Of a stretch of 64,000 bases of DNA, positions 10,600 through 19,800 are shown piece by piece. The notes under the pieces are model-generated. The model searched no databases. It saw only the letters and a program-made list of their open reading frames with translations, and was not told the origin of the DNA. A program made the translations under genes and the position numbers. The DNA lies in assembly GCA_049276535.1 (NCBI GenBank), contig JBASWP010000001.1:168241-232240 (forward strand), given 5' to 3'. Numbering within the stretch: the stretch's first letter is position 1; the number at the start of each line of letters is the position of its first letter. Source of the stretch: Candidatus Microsaccharimonas sp. (GTDB lineage: Bacteria > Patescibacteriota > Saccharimonadia > Saccharimonadales > Saccharimonadaceae).

Positions 10600-11193
10600 T
10601 TACGATGCGTTTTGAACCGTAGCGGCTTCGCTATCTAAACGGTCAGAAAGTAACGTGATTGCCATCCGCGCCGACGCATTCAACAACTTTGCTGTCTCTG
10701 CAAAGGTAGTGAATTCAGTTGCCTCGAGCGTCTTTATGGTATTTTCCATAATCGGTCGAAAGAATCCGTTGCCCCACTCCAGACCCAAGGCGTGCAGGTT
10801 ATATAGAACACTAGTCGTGTTATCAATCAAATCAGCATATTTTACGATCCGTACTTCTTCGGGTGCTGAAAAAATTTGTTGCATATATTCAGACGTATGT
10901 TGATCGTCCTGATGATTCGTCAGTTGTTCGATGTAATCAAGGACTCTGTCACCAAACTTCTCTCGCAATTCGTCTCTGGTAACTTCAGTGTCTTCGAGTA
11001 GGTCGTGCCCTAATCCCGCTAGATAAATGTCTTCTAATAAACTTTCATCTAACGATGAATGAGTTGTTCGAAGGGCATAGGTCGCTATCTCGGCAACGTT
11101 ATGACAGTGGAACGTTACAGGAACATCACCCCTAAACTGGCCATCATGCCATTTAGTTATCGTTGCAAACATCAAATCTTTTCGTTGGGTCAT
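10600..11193 (-). CDS. HD-domain phosphohydrolase
   Basis: 'AGLGHDLLEDT' matches the HD motif (H...HD...D) as in the (p)ppGpp-hydrolase/YfbR-like family. Its start overlaps the stop of the upstream large ORF. Confidence 0.55.
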   Translation of the reverse strand: MTQRKDLMFATITKWHDGQFRGDVPVTFHCHNVAEIATYALRTTHSSLDESLLEDIYLAGLGHDLLEDTEVTRDELREKFGDRVLDYIEQLTNHQDDQHTSEYMQQIFSAPEEVRIVKYADLIDNTTSVLYNLHALGLEWGNGFFRPIMENTIKTLEATEFTTFAETAKLLNASARMAITLLSDRLDSEAATVQNAS

Positions 11194-13391
11194 GTCTTAG
11201 CTCCTGCTATTCTTTTGTAGTATCCTAGGAAGTTCTGCCAGGCAGCCTGATCGGCGGCAGGGTCTTGTCCGGCAATAGTACCAGGTGAATGTTTATAATA
11301 CTCTTCTCGCCCGCCCTCATATTTAGGTAGTGGTAGTCCTGCACGCATCAGTATGAACGACGACATCGCCTTGGCAGATTTACCACAGCCATCAGCAAAG
11401 AAGTGGTCAACCATATCAATACGATACTCACAAAACGCGGCAGTTTCTACTGGGTCACTGTCCGGATTTGCCATGCGTTGTTGCAGCTCTTGATAAAACT
11501 GCTGCATCGCAGCCGGTAAATCCTCTAGTCGGGTATAAGGATACTTGTCTGAATCTTCACCACTCCTAATCAGCGCACCTTCCTTGACGATACCTTCATT
11601 GATCTGGGCGGCGATACCTTCAACAAGTTGTCGAACATCTTCAGGCGATGAAAATTCTTTATCGCGTTGTTCAAATGCGCTCATAATTGCCGTGTCAAAA
11701 TTGCGCTTTGCCTTTTCGGCGGCTTCGTCTCCGTCAATTGCTTCCATACTCTCCGCCTTTGTGCCACTCGCCGACACATCAACGGTACCGTTAGCTGTTC
11801 GCGATGTGGCAAGGAGGTTCTGATTTGCATCAGTCAAATATTGAACGGATTCTTCAGCGGACGACGCGTCAGCCATCGTATCGACGGCACGTCGTAAGGT
11901 CTTACCTTTGAACTCACCTAGTTTAGCTCGTACTTTCTGGGCGTACGCTTGCACGTTTTCTGCGTCTCCTATGTAGGTAGCGACGTATTCTTCGATATAC
12001 TCATCAGTAATAACGCGATCACCAATCGCTTCAGCTTCTGCTTGTAGTACCGAGGGGTCAGTCTCGACACTTACCGACATAGCAAGTTCTTCTCGACCTT
12101 CGACAACCCTAATTTCATCGCCATCAAGCTGTGCAACCGTCACTGATTTCTTTTCTGCGTAGTCGAATGCAGTTAACATGTATCCGTCGACACGAGTACC
12201 GCTATACTCTTTGACACTAGCGAATAATTCCCGCCGACTGGCCCGAATACCGACATACCCTTTTACGATAGCCTCGAAAGGAACATTTGGGTCCGCGCCG
12301 CCACGCTGACGTAAAAGGACACCCACCAAAGACGTCTCTACCGGCGCGTCAACGTCAAGAATACGAACCGCTCGATCGGTCTCGGCTGCATTTGCCAGAA
12401 TATCTGCGATATCTTCCGGTGTCTCGTTACGTTTGTCGAGAACCATTGAGGTATCTGGGTTAGTTAACTCTCTATCTACCCTGCGGCCCAACATCGAGCC
12501 TTCATCGTGAACCTGCCCCGCACTAATGTCAACATGTCCTTCACGAAGTTCGTATTTATACGAATCGGGATTCAATGCTCCTGATGGTTCACCTTCCTCA
12601 TCTAAAATTCCGGCAAACATTTCATTGCCTGCAGCGAGTGCGCGTGTTTTACCCGACGCGGTATTTCCACGCAAGGCGTAGATAGTTGGTTTTGGGTTAT
12701 GCTGCTTCAGTCGTTCTGATAATGCTTGCGCCGCTTCTAACGCACCGCTGACAATTGTTTCATGTAACTGCTGTCTTTGAGCTTCCCAATTTTCGGGATT
12801 ATCGTAGACACTTTTTCGTTCTGACTTTGTCATACCTTGGGTCTCGACCGCCACAAATGATTCCACTGTACTTAGCTTTGTCCGTTTTAACTCACCGACC
12901 TTTCCTTCGTATGACCCGTCGGGGGCGACTTCGGCCGAACCTTCTAGCCCGTCCAACCTATCGATCTCGTCAGCAATTTGTTCTGCGAGGGGACGGTCCG
13001 TTTCGGCAATAGCAACGGTAGCCTCGATAACTTCAGAACTGTATCCATCTTGTTTCAGCTCGGCCAACGGATTACCATCGTGCCCAGCTAGTTCACCCTC
13101 CACGGTTTGCCCAGCAGCTGCACTGACTGCTTCAATAATTTCACTGCTTTGATCGTGAGTTCGCTCACCTGTCTGATCGGCCTGCTGAATCGTCTGTTCA
13201 GCAACATAGGTCAGTGCCTCACCTGTTTTTTCTTCTAATTCAACGCGACTAGTGGGTCGGAATGTTTCGGCTACACGGTCTTTAACAGAGATAATTCGAT
13301 CGCGCATCCGCTCAATGAGCGGCTTTTTAACATCGGTTTCTGGACCCTTGTAGCTTTCGGTAGAATCAGACTGCATGTTTGGGTTTGTCAT
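11190..13391 (-). CDS. Large P-loop NTPase protein with C-terminal divergent Fic/Doc-like motif
   Basis: Walker-A-like 'RGNTASGKTRA' mid-protein. The C-terminus has 'HFFADGCGKSAKAMSSFILMRAGLP', which aligns with the Fic core HxFx(D/E)GNGRxxR followed by the LxxxGxP helix. Confidence 0.45.
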   Translation of the reverse strand: MTNPNMQSDSTESYKGPETDVKKPLIERMRDRIISVKDRVAETFRPTSRVELEEKTGEALTYVAEQTIQQADQTGERTHDQSSEIIEAVSAAAGQTVEGELAGHDGNPLAELKQDGYSSEVIEATVAIAETDRPLAEQIADEIDRLDGLEGSAEVAPDGSYEGKVGELKRTKLSTVESFVAVETQGMTKSERKSVYDNPENWEAQRQQLHETIVSGALEAAQALSERLKQHNPKPTIYALRGNTASGKTRALAAGNEMFAGILDEEGEPSGALNPDSYKYELREGHVDISAGQVHDEGSMLGRRVDRELTNPDTSMVLDKRNETPEDIADILANAAETDRAVRILDVDAPVETSLVGVLLRQRGGADPNVPFEAIVKGYVGIRASRRELFASVKEYSGTRVDGYMLTAFDYAEKKSVTVAQLDGDEIRVVEGREELAMSVSVETDPSVLQAEAEAIGDRVITDEYIEEYVATYIGDAENVQAYAQKVRAKLGEFKGKTLRRAVDTMADASSAEESVQYLTDANQNLLATSRTANGTVDVSASGTKAESMEAIDGDEAAEKAKRNFDTAIMSAFEQRDKEFSSPEDVRQLVEGIAAQINEGIVKEGALIRSGEDSDKYPYTRLEDLPAAMQQFYQELQQRMANPDSDPVETAAFCEYRIDMVDHFFADGCGKSAKAMSSFILMRAGLPLPKYEGGREEYYKHSPGTIAGQDPAADQAAWQNFLGYYKRIAGAKT

Positions 13392-13492
13392 TTAAAATCA
13401 TTATACAAAAGCATTAGGCTTAAGGCTAATAATACACACAAAATAGCGACCGATAGTGTCGAGTTAGTAAAAGCTATGTCATAATATTCCAA

Positions 13493-14098
13493 ATGTCCGA
13501 ATTTACCGATGCCGACTTTTCCGATCCGATCCGCCGAATGAGTGATGGCGCCTTAGCACGCCTACATGCCATTAATAACGGCGAGATTGAATCGATGCGC
13601 GTTGGAGACGAACATCTTTCTTTGATCACAGATCGCCACGAATCAGATATCTTTCAAGAAGTCTCGTATGAGGTCCTCACGCGAGCATTTATCTTTGATC
13701 GTGTCGGTGACCCAATTATGCAACAAGATAGACTTCCGCCTCACCTACAAGGAACGTTAAGTGGCATGCTGTTAACCCTGGCCGATTCACAGGATTCAAA
13801 ACAAAGTCGCAATATTACGCCGCTAGAGTTTGATGCGGAATACGCGGCAAAACTGGTTGCCGACAAGTGGCTTTTATCGACCACTGAACGCATGAATCAT
13901 CAGGATTTTAAGTTTTTTACCCTTGATTTAGGCCACGTTGCCTTCACTAGTATCTTCTTTGCCTACGATACTGATACGCAAGCATGGCGATTAGGATATG
14001 AGATGAAACGACCGTTTATTACCTATAGGGCTCATCCAGATTTTAAAGGCGAAATCGACATTGTCGATGACGAAGAAAGTGATCTCGTCGTTCTATAG
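13493..14098 (+). CDS. Hypothetical protein
   Basis: 201-aa ORF in the background composition. No recognisable motif. Confidence 0.4.
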   Translation: MSEFTDADFSDPIRRMSDGALARLHAINNGEIESMRVGDEHLSLITDRHESDIFQEVSYEVLTRAFIFDRVGDPIMQQDRLPPHLQGTLSGMLLTLADSQDSKQSRNITPLEFDAEYAAKLVADKWLLSTTERMNHQDFKFFTLDLGHVAFTSIFFAYDTDTQAWRLGYEMKRPFITYRAHPDFKGEIDIVDDEESDLVVL

Positions 14099-14127
14099 CT
14101 ATTTCCTACTCTTTCAGAGGTCAGCTA

Positions 14128-14156
14128 TTGAATTATCGTAGTTTTTATGCTATAAT
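14128..14156 (+). promoter_or_regulatory. Sigma70-like promoter (TTGAAT-17-TATAAT, extended TGcTATAAT) driving GC-rich island A
   Basis: TTGAAT at 14128-14133, a 17-bp spacer, TATAAT at 14151-14156 preceded by TGC. It sits in an AT-rich segment immediately 5' of the GC-rich genes. Confidence 0.55.
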
Positions 14157-14269
14157 AGGCTAGCTTGTGAGCCTGCTACCGAATCGGGAGCGAGAGCTCC
14201 AGGTTCGTTAACATGCTCACACACTACGAAAGACTTGTCCCTTGTTAGATCCGACCAAAGGAGAAACAC

Positions 14270-15814
14270 ATGCTTGTCATGGGAATCGCATCTCTGGTTA
14301 TCTGCGCGGTCGGCCTCTACGTGGGCTATCGCACAGGAATGCTGAAGATGCGTTATTGGGTTCGGTTGATTTGGGTCGCCTCGCTTGTCGTGGGGACCTT
14401 CGCCACCGGATTCACCGGCTACTACGCGGCGAACGCCGTGGCGTATCAGGCAGTCGTTGGCGGCTTTCACCAATTCCTTAACGGGACGGTGATCGCTGCT
14501 GACGTCGAAGAGACCAAGTGCGAAAAGGACGGCTCGTGCGTCTACGAGTACGACTGCGACCCCTACCAGGTGCCGCATTACAGTACCGACGAAGACGGCG
14601 AGGTCACCGTTACCTACACCACCGAGTACCACGACTGCCCGTACGCGACTTTCGAGTATCGCTACGAGACGACGGACTCGATCGGTAACACGCACGACTT
14701 TGGGAGCTACATCGCCGCCGAACCTGTCGTCTGGGAGGAAGGAGACCTCCTCGACTTGTTCAACATCGATGTCCCAGAGCTCTTCCCGACCACGATTCCG
14801 GACCACATCCCGCGAGGGGTGCCCGGCGATTGGCAGGCCGCAAGGACTGCCTTGGACAATGGTCGCGGACTGCCGATGACCGTCGAAGGAGAATACGAGA
14901 ACTACATTCTCGCCTCCGACGAGGAACTGCTGAAAGCGTCTTCCGACGATATCGATGCGCTGCTGGATGCGGGTCTGCTCCCCGAGCACACCCAAAACCT
15001 GCACAGCCCGATCTACGGAACGTTCAATGCCAACAAGGTCAACTTCGTCGGGTTCACGCCCGACAACGAGGCCGAGTGGCAAGAGTCAGTCATGCAGTTC
15101 AACGCGGCGCTCGGAAGCGAGCTCCGCGGAGATCTGCACGTGGTCGTCATCGAGGATTCGGCGCTTCCCAGCGACGTCTCCGCAGACGACTACGCCAACG
15201 CCCTCAAGGCGTACTGGCTCAACCATCTCGACAAGTACGCGTTCGGCAAAAACGGCATCATGGTGGTCATCGGAATCGACGACCGTCAGGACACCGTTGA
15301 GTGGGCGCGCGCATCCACAGGCATGCCTACCGGCAACGGAGTCATGCTGTCGTGGATCGAGACGTCCCTCCTGAACGAGTCATACGACCTGCCCACCCTC
15401 ATGGGCGAGACGTATGCGACCGTCGCGAACGGCGAGGCTTCCTACACCATCGGTGAGGGGCTGATTCCGCAAGCGATCATGGTCGACTTCCCGTTCGAAC
15501 GGGTATGCATGAGGTGCGATGAAGACGGCGAAGGCGAAGGTATCGGGTTTAGCGACCTGACCATCAATAGCGAGGTCGAATGGTGGGGCTACTTGGTGAC
15601 GATCATCCTGATGATCGTTATCTTGGCGCTCCCCTGGGGCCTGTTCTTCTACAACAACCTTCTTGCTACCGATCGATACGAAGAGATCGAGGAAGAATCC
15701 ACCCGTATGCGCGAACGCGGTTCCTGGAGAGACGAGTTGAGATACTTGGGTCCCCTGGAATTCGCCAGACGCATCAGACAATCCCGCAAGTCCAACCACA
15801 ACAGATGGAGTTAG
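14270..15814 (+). CDS. GC-rich island A gene 1: membrane protein, function unknown
   Basis: 514-aa ORF with strong third-position GC bias. Two N-terminal TM helices, a large Cys-containing central domain ('CEKDGSCVYEYDCDPY', 'YHDCPY') and a C-terminal TM helix. No recognisable motif. Confidence 0.5.
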   Translation: MLVMGIASLVICAVGLYVGYRTGMLKMRYWVRLIWVASLVVGTFATGFTGYYAANAVAYQAVVGGFHQFLNGTVIAADVEETKCEKDGSCVYEYDCDPYQVPHYSTDEDGEVTVTYTTEYHDCPYATFEYRYETTDSIGNTHDFGSYIAAEPVVWEEGDLLDLFNIDVPELFPTTIPDHIPRGVPGDWQAARTALDNGRGLPMTVEGEYENYILASDEELLKASSDDIDALLDAGLLPEHTQNLHSPIYGTFNANKVNFVGFTPDNEAEWQESVMQFNAALGSELRGDLHVVVIEDSALPSDVSADDYANALKAYWLNHLDKYAFGKNGIMVVIGIDDRQDTVEWARASTGMPTGNGVMLSWIETSLLNESYDLPTLMGETYATVANGEASYTIGEGLIPQAIMVDFPFERVCMRCDEDGEGEGIGFSDLTINSEVEWWGYLVTIILMIVILALPWGLFFYNNLLATDRYEEIEEESTRMRERGSWRDELRYLGPLEFARRIRQSRKSNHNRWS

Positions 15815-15819
15815 ATCCC

Positions 15820-16500
15820 ATGTCCGACAACGACACGTCCTACACGAAGACCCCGCCCCGACTCGTCCCCTGGCTCATCGCCGGTGGTGCGTTCGTCGTC
15901 GCGTTGGTCGTCGGCCTGTCAGTGTTCTTCACCTACCAGAACGTGATCAGCACCGGTAACCAGAAGGAGGCGAACATGAGTTCGCTGTACGCTCAGGGAG
16001 CCACCACGCTGTCCACGTGCCTGGTGCAGACGTCACAGGCGGCCAACGTCGCGCAGGCGGAGTCGGAGGCCTTGCAAGAGGTCTTCGCGTCCGCCATCGC
16101 GGCGCGCTACGACACCCCCGCCGGCCAGATCGACGAGGGCGCGCTGTTCTCGGCGATCGTCGAGGCCTACCCCGATGTGACCGGCCTGGAAGAGACTTTC
16201 CAGCAGGTCATCTCGGTCATCGTCGGCTGCCGCACGGACTACGCCAACGCACAGGCGCTCGTCCAGGTGGCCGTGAAGGACTTCAACAGCTGGCGAACTG
16301 GCAGCTGGGTGGTCCGCACCTTCGGTGGCTCGGAGTTCCCGAACGACAACCTCTACATCGCCATCGGCGACACCGAGGTATACGGTCAGGAGGCCTACGA
16401 GATCATGCGCAAGCCGATCGTCGACAACTCGACGATCACCGCCTACGAGGAAGGAGTCATCGAGATCGAGGACCCCTTCCCGTCGGGCGACGACGAGTAG
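15820..16500 (+). CDS. GC-rich island A gene 2: N-terminally membrane-anchored protein, function unknown
   Basis: Same frame as the track ORF 15580..16500. The likely start is ATG 15820, just after the upstream stop at 15812-15814, giving 'MSDNDTSYTKTPPRLVPWLIAGGAFVVALVV...'. It has one TM helix followed by a soluble domain. Confidence 0.5.
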   Translation: MSDNDTSYTKTPPRLVPWLIAGGAFVVALVVGLSVFFTYQNVISTGNQKEANMSSLYAQGATTLSTCLVQTSQAANVAQAESEALQEVFASAIAARYDTPAGQIDEGALFSAIVEAYPDVTGLEETFQQVISVIVGCRTDYANAQALVQVAVKDFNSWRTGSWVVRTFGGSEFPNDNLYIAIGDTEVYGQEAYEIMRKPIVDNSTITAYEEGVIEIEDPFPSGDDE

Positions 16501-16648
16501 GCATCCCTTCGGGGTAACAAGTAGTGACAGTCCTTCGGGAGTGTGAGCATCCGCCACGGCGTCCGATCACTCGGATGTCCGTGGCGGTATGTGTCCAGGA
16601 ATAGAATAATCCTGCTGATGAGTCGTAAACGACGAAACACATCTTGTA

Positions 16649-16677
16649 TTGAATAATTGTATATTTTATGCTATAAT
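16649..16677 (+). promoter_or_regulatory. Second copy of the TTGAAT-17-TATAAT promoter element
   Basis: Contains TTGAAT, a 17-bp spacer and TATAAT, sharing 'ttttatgctataata' with the 14.1 kb copy. It sits in a short AT-rich gap inside the GC-rich island. Confidence 0.5.
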
Positions 16678-16710
16678 ATACTTATTCCCTACTGAAAGGA
16701 AGTACCCGCG

Positions 16711-17133
16711 ATGAACGTCGCACGAATCCTCGAAATCCTGTTCGATTCACTCGGACAGGTCGACGAGAACCAGAACCCTCTCGAGGGTTCAGAAGTTGTG
16801 GATGTGTACATGCAGCCGATCGCGCTCAACGTCGCGAAGGTGCACGAGTACGCCGCCGAGATGATCGAACTCCTCAAGGAGTGGCCCAGCGAAAGCTGGG
16901 GTCAGTCGGTCCCGCCGCTGGGTGAAGAGATCAACTATCTCATCGCCGGCGCCGTTCTCGACAACCAGCGTCACGCCTTCATGCTGTTCGCCTTCGGCAA
17001 GCTGCTGGACTGGTGGGACATCATGGACCCACACACCATGCTCGGCCTCGCAAAGGACGACCCGTTGGGTCTCCAAATGGCCGGCAGCGGCTTCATCGCC
17101 ATCTTGGGCTACCGTCCGACGGTTCCGGCCTAG
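16711..17133 (+). CDS. GC-rich island A gene 3: hypothetical cytoplasmic protein
   Basis: 140-aa ORF with GC-rich codon usage. A GGAAG ribosome-binding site precedes it and an intrinsic terminator follows. Confidence 0.45.
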   Translation: MNVARILEILFDSLGQVDENQNPLEGSEVVDVYMQPIALNVAKVHEYAAEMIELLKEWPSESWGQSVPPLGEEINYLIAGAVLDNQRHAFMLFAFGKLLDWWDIMDPHTMLGLAKDDPLGLQMAGSGFIAILGYRPTVPA

Positions 17134-17148
17134 ATGGCACACTTGCAG

Positions 17149-17175
17149 TACGGGGATCGGGCGCACACATGTGCG
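17149..17175 (+). terminator. Intrinsic terminator ending island A
   Basis: Perfect hairpin 'gggcgcacacatgtgcgccc' followed by TTTTCTCATTT. Confidence 0.6.
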
Positions 17176-17214
17176 CCCTTTTCTCATTTCAGTATATATC
17201 TATACATGACATCT

Positions 17215-17799
17215 TTAAGACGCGGTCAGTATTGAAAACACTCGCTGACCTACCATGTCATCGAACGGTTCGCCTTGTTCGATTCGGCGACGGAGTTCGG
17301 TTGAGCTGAGGTCTAAGTGCGGAATAGTCAACGCCAGTGCCCGTACCGCCAATGGGTTGATCGTGCTTCCTGCCCGTTCGACAACCAACATGGCTAAATT
17401 CCGAAGCAACCAGTCACCGTGTTGCCATTCACCCATCGTCTCGGTTGAATCGGCGCCAAATACCCAGCGAAATTCGCGATCAGGATAGGTATCCGCCAGC
17501 TCAACGACAGTATCGTAGGTTTCAACCGCGACACTTCGATCGAGTTCGGCCGTATATACCGAAGTAGGAACCCCCGTTACGTCAGTGTCTTCAATCATGC
17601 CGGCAACATACGCCAGTCGCTGTTCACGTGTCGCAGGGATCGCCTTGTCTATTCGGTTACCACTAGGCATCACCCATACTTCAGCCCCGTGTGGCCGAGC
17701 GTAATTGACAGCTGCCTGCAAGATCTCTTGATGAGCCAGGGTAGGGGGGTTAAAAGCTCCGCCATAGATGACTGTTTCGATCTGTTCTGGGTTTCTCAT
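17215..17799 (-). CDS. nadD: Nicotinate-nucleotide adenylyltransferase
   Basis: N-terminal 'YGGAFNPPTLAH' nucleotidyltransferase (H/T)xGH motif. Size (194 aa) and NAD-gene context fit. Confidence 0.75.
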   Translation of the reverse strand: MRNPEQIETVIYGGAFNPPTLAHQEILQAAVNYARPHGAEVWVMPSGNRIDKAIPATREQRLAYVAGMIEDTDVTGVPTSVYTAELDRSVAVETYDTVVELADTYPDREFRWVFGADSTETMGEWQHGDWLLRNLAMLVVERAGSTINPLAVRALALTIPHLDLSSTELRRRIEQGEPFDDMVGQRVFSILTAS

Positions 17800-17885
17800 A
17801 GTTTTATTCCTTACTTATTGTTGACATTACACTAACTATGCTCTACGATAAGTATATACCAGTTAGTGTAAAAAAGGAAATAAGT

Positions 17886-19796
17886 ATGGAAATTATGAAA
17901 AAAGATGACGGATACGAACCAAAACGCAACTTTCTAAGGGTCGCGACAGCGACACCAGAAGTTGCCATTGCCGATGTTACCGAGAACCTTACCCGTATCT
18001 GCGAATTGTATGATCAAGCGGTCGACGCACACACTTCCCTCGTTGTCTTCCCCGAGCTATCTTTGACTGGCTATAGTATTCAGGACCTTGTCCAACAACC
18101 CGCCCTTTTACAGAATGCTCGTCAGGCACTTGCTGGTTTCGCTGAATACACTAAGGGTCGTAATACCGCGGCCATCGTCGGTCTTCCTTTTGTAGTTGGT
18201 AATGCGATTTATAACACCGCCGCTGTTGTTTCTGAAGGTAAAATTCGCGGCATCGTTCCAAAGCAAAACCTTCCTACCTATAACGAATTTTACGAAAAAC
18301 GCTGGTACCAGACATGGGACGATCGTCCAAATACCCAGGTCCTGATCGATGATACTGCGGTCACCTTCGGTCGTGACCAGTTATTCGCTATCGGCGATCA
18401 ATTAGTTGGTATCGAAATTTGCGAAGACCTGTGGGTACCGCAACAACCAAGTATTCGCTTAGCTGAAAACGGCGCAACGATCATCGCAAATCCTTCTGCT
18501 TCACCCGAAGCTGTCGCAAAACCACGCTACCGCCGTGAACTGGTTGCCCAAACCGCCGCAAGGAACATGGTTGGGTATGTTTACGCCAGTGCAGACCAAA
18601 GCGAGTCTACCGCCGAAATCGTCATGGGTGGCCACGCCATTATTAACGAACTAGGCACCGGTCTAGCTGAACGCGCACCCTTCACAAAACCTCAACCGCT
18701 GATGATTGCCGACATCGACATGCAACATATCGCCAGTGACCGTCGAAAAACCACCAATTTTCCTAACCGAATGGACATCACTCCTACTCCTACCTTTGTC
18801 ACGCCAGCGCAAAGTGACCTACTACGAGCAATTGACGCAGAACCATTCATTCCAAAAGGTTCAGCCGAAGAAATCGCTGAACGTCTGGAACACATCCTCA
18901 ATATCCAAGCAACGGGCCTAGCAATGCGACTCAAAAGCGCCAATATTAAAAAGGTAGTCTTGGGACTCTCTGGTGGGCTGGATTCAACACTCGCCTTCCT
19001 AGTCGCTACCCGTGCCGCAGATATACTCGATGTTCCAGCAAGTGAGCTCATCCACACACTAACAATGCCAGCAAACGCCAGTTCAGCTCGCACTCAAAAT
19101 AATGCAATGAAGTTAGCAGCCGCTATGGGAATTACTAACGATGAAATTGCCATCCAAAACCTAACCGACGCTCAACTGGCCGTCATTGATCACGAAGGTG
19201 GCCAAGATGTGACGTTCGAAAACACCCAGGCACGTATTCGCCAAGCATTGGTATTTAACAAAGCGAATCAAATCAACGGACTAGCCATGGGTACCGGTGA
19301 CCTTAGTGAAATAGCGCTCGGGTGGGCCACCTACAACGGCGACCACATGTCTCACTACAACGTGAACGCATCAATTCCAAAGACACTGGTCCGCTCACTC
19401 GTCAGGCATGCTAGTACAGCCCTGCCTGAAAAGGCACAGACAATCGTGGCCGATATATTAGATACTCCCGTCTCACCAGAACTGACCGGTGATGGAAACA
19501 CCATTAGCCAGGAAACCGAAGACCTAATTGGCCCTTACGAATTGCATGATTTCTACCTCTATCACTTCCTTCGCTGGATGGAACCAAAGGAAAAGATCGG
19601 CTACCTAGCAGTCAAAGCATTCGAAGGTCGACGCACCGCCGACGAAGTTACCAAATGGTTAGACGTGTTCATCGATCGCTTTTACAAAAACCAATGGAAA
19701 AGACAAGCAATGCCTGATGGCGCCAAAGTAGGCATCAGTTTAAGCCCTAAGGGCGACTGGCGTATGCCACCAGAAGCCCGAGCAGTGTTATACTAA
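17886..19796 (+). CDS. nadE: Glutamine-dependent NAD+ synthetase (CN-hydrolase + NAD synthetase domains)
   Basis: N-terminal nitrilase-like domain ('VVFPELSLTGY') and C-terminal PP-loop 'GLSGGLDS'. The preferred start is ATG 17886, which follows an AAGGAAA ribosome-binding site; the track ORF starts at 17838. Confidence 0.85.
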   Translation: MEIMKKDDGYEPKRNFLRVATATPEVAIADVTENLTRICELYDQAVDAHTSLVVFPELSLTGYSIQDLVQQPALLQNARQALAGFAEYTKGRNTAAIVGLPFVVGNAIYNTAAVVSEGKIRGIVPKQNLPTYNEFYEKRWYQTWDDRPNTQVLIDDTAVTFGRDQLFAIGDQLVGIEICEDLWVPQQPSIRLAENGATIIANPSASPEAVAKPRYRRELVAQTAARNMVGYVYASADQSESTAEIVMGGHAIINELGTGLAERAPFTKPQPLMIADIDMQHIASDRRKTTNFPNRMDITPTPTFVTPAQSDLLRAIDAEPFIPKGSAEEIAERLEHILNIQATGLAMRLKSANIKKVVLGLSGGLDSTLAFLVATRAADILDVPASELIHTLTMPANASSARTQNNAMKLAAAMGITNDEIAIQNLTDAQLAVIDHEGGQDVTFENTQARIRQALVFNKANQINGLAMGTGDLSEIALGWATYNGDHMSHYNVNASIPKTLVRSLVRHASTALPEKAQTIVADILDTPVSPELTGDGNTISQETEDLIGPYELHDFYLYHFLRWMEPKEKIGYLAVKAFEGRRTADEVTKWLDVFIDRFYKNQWKRQAMPDGAKVGISLSPKGDWRMPPEARAVLY

Positions 19797-19800
19797 CTGT

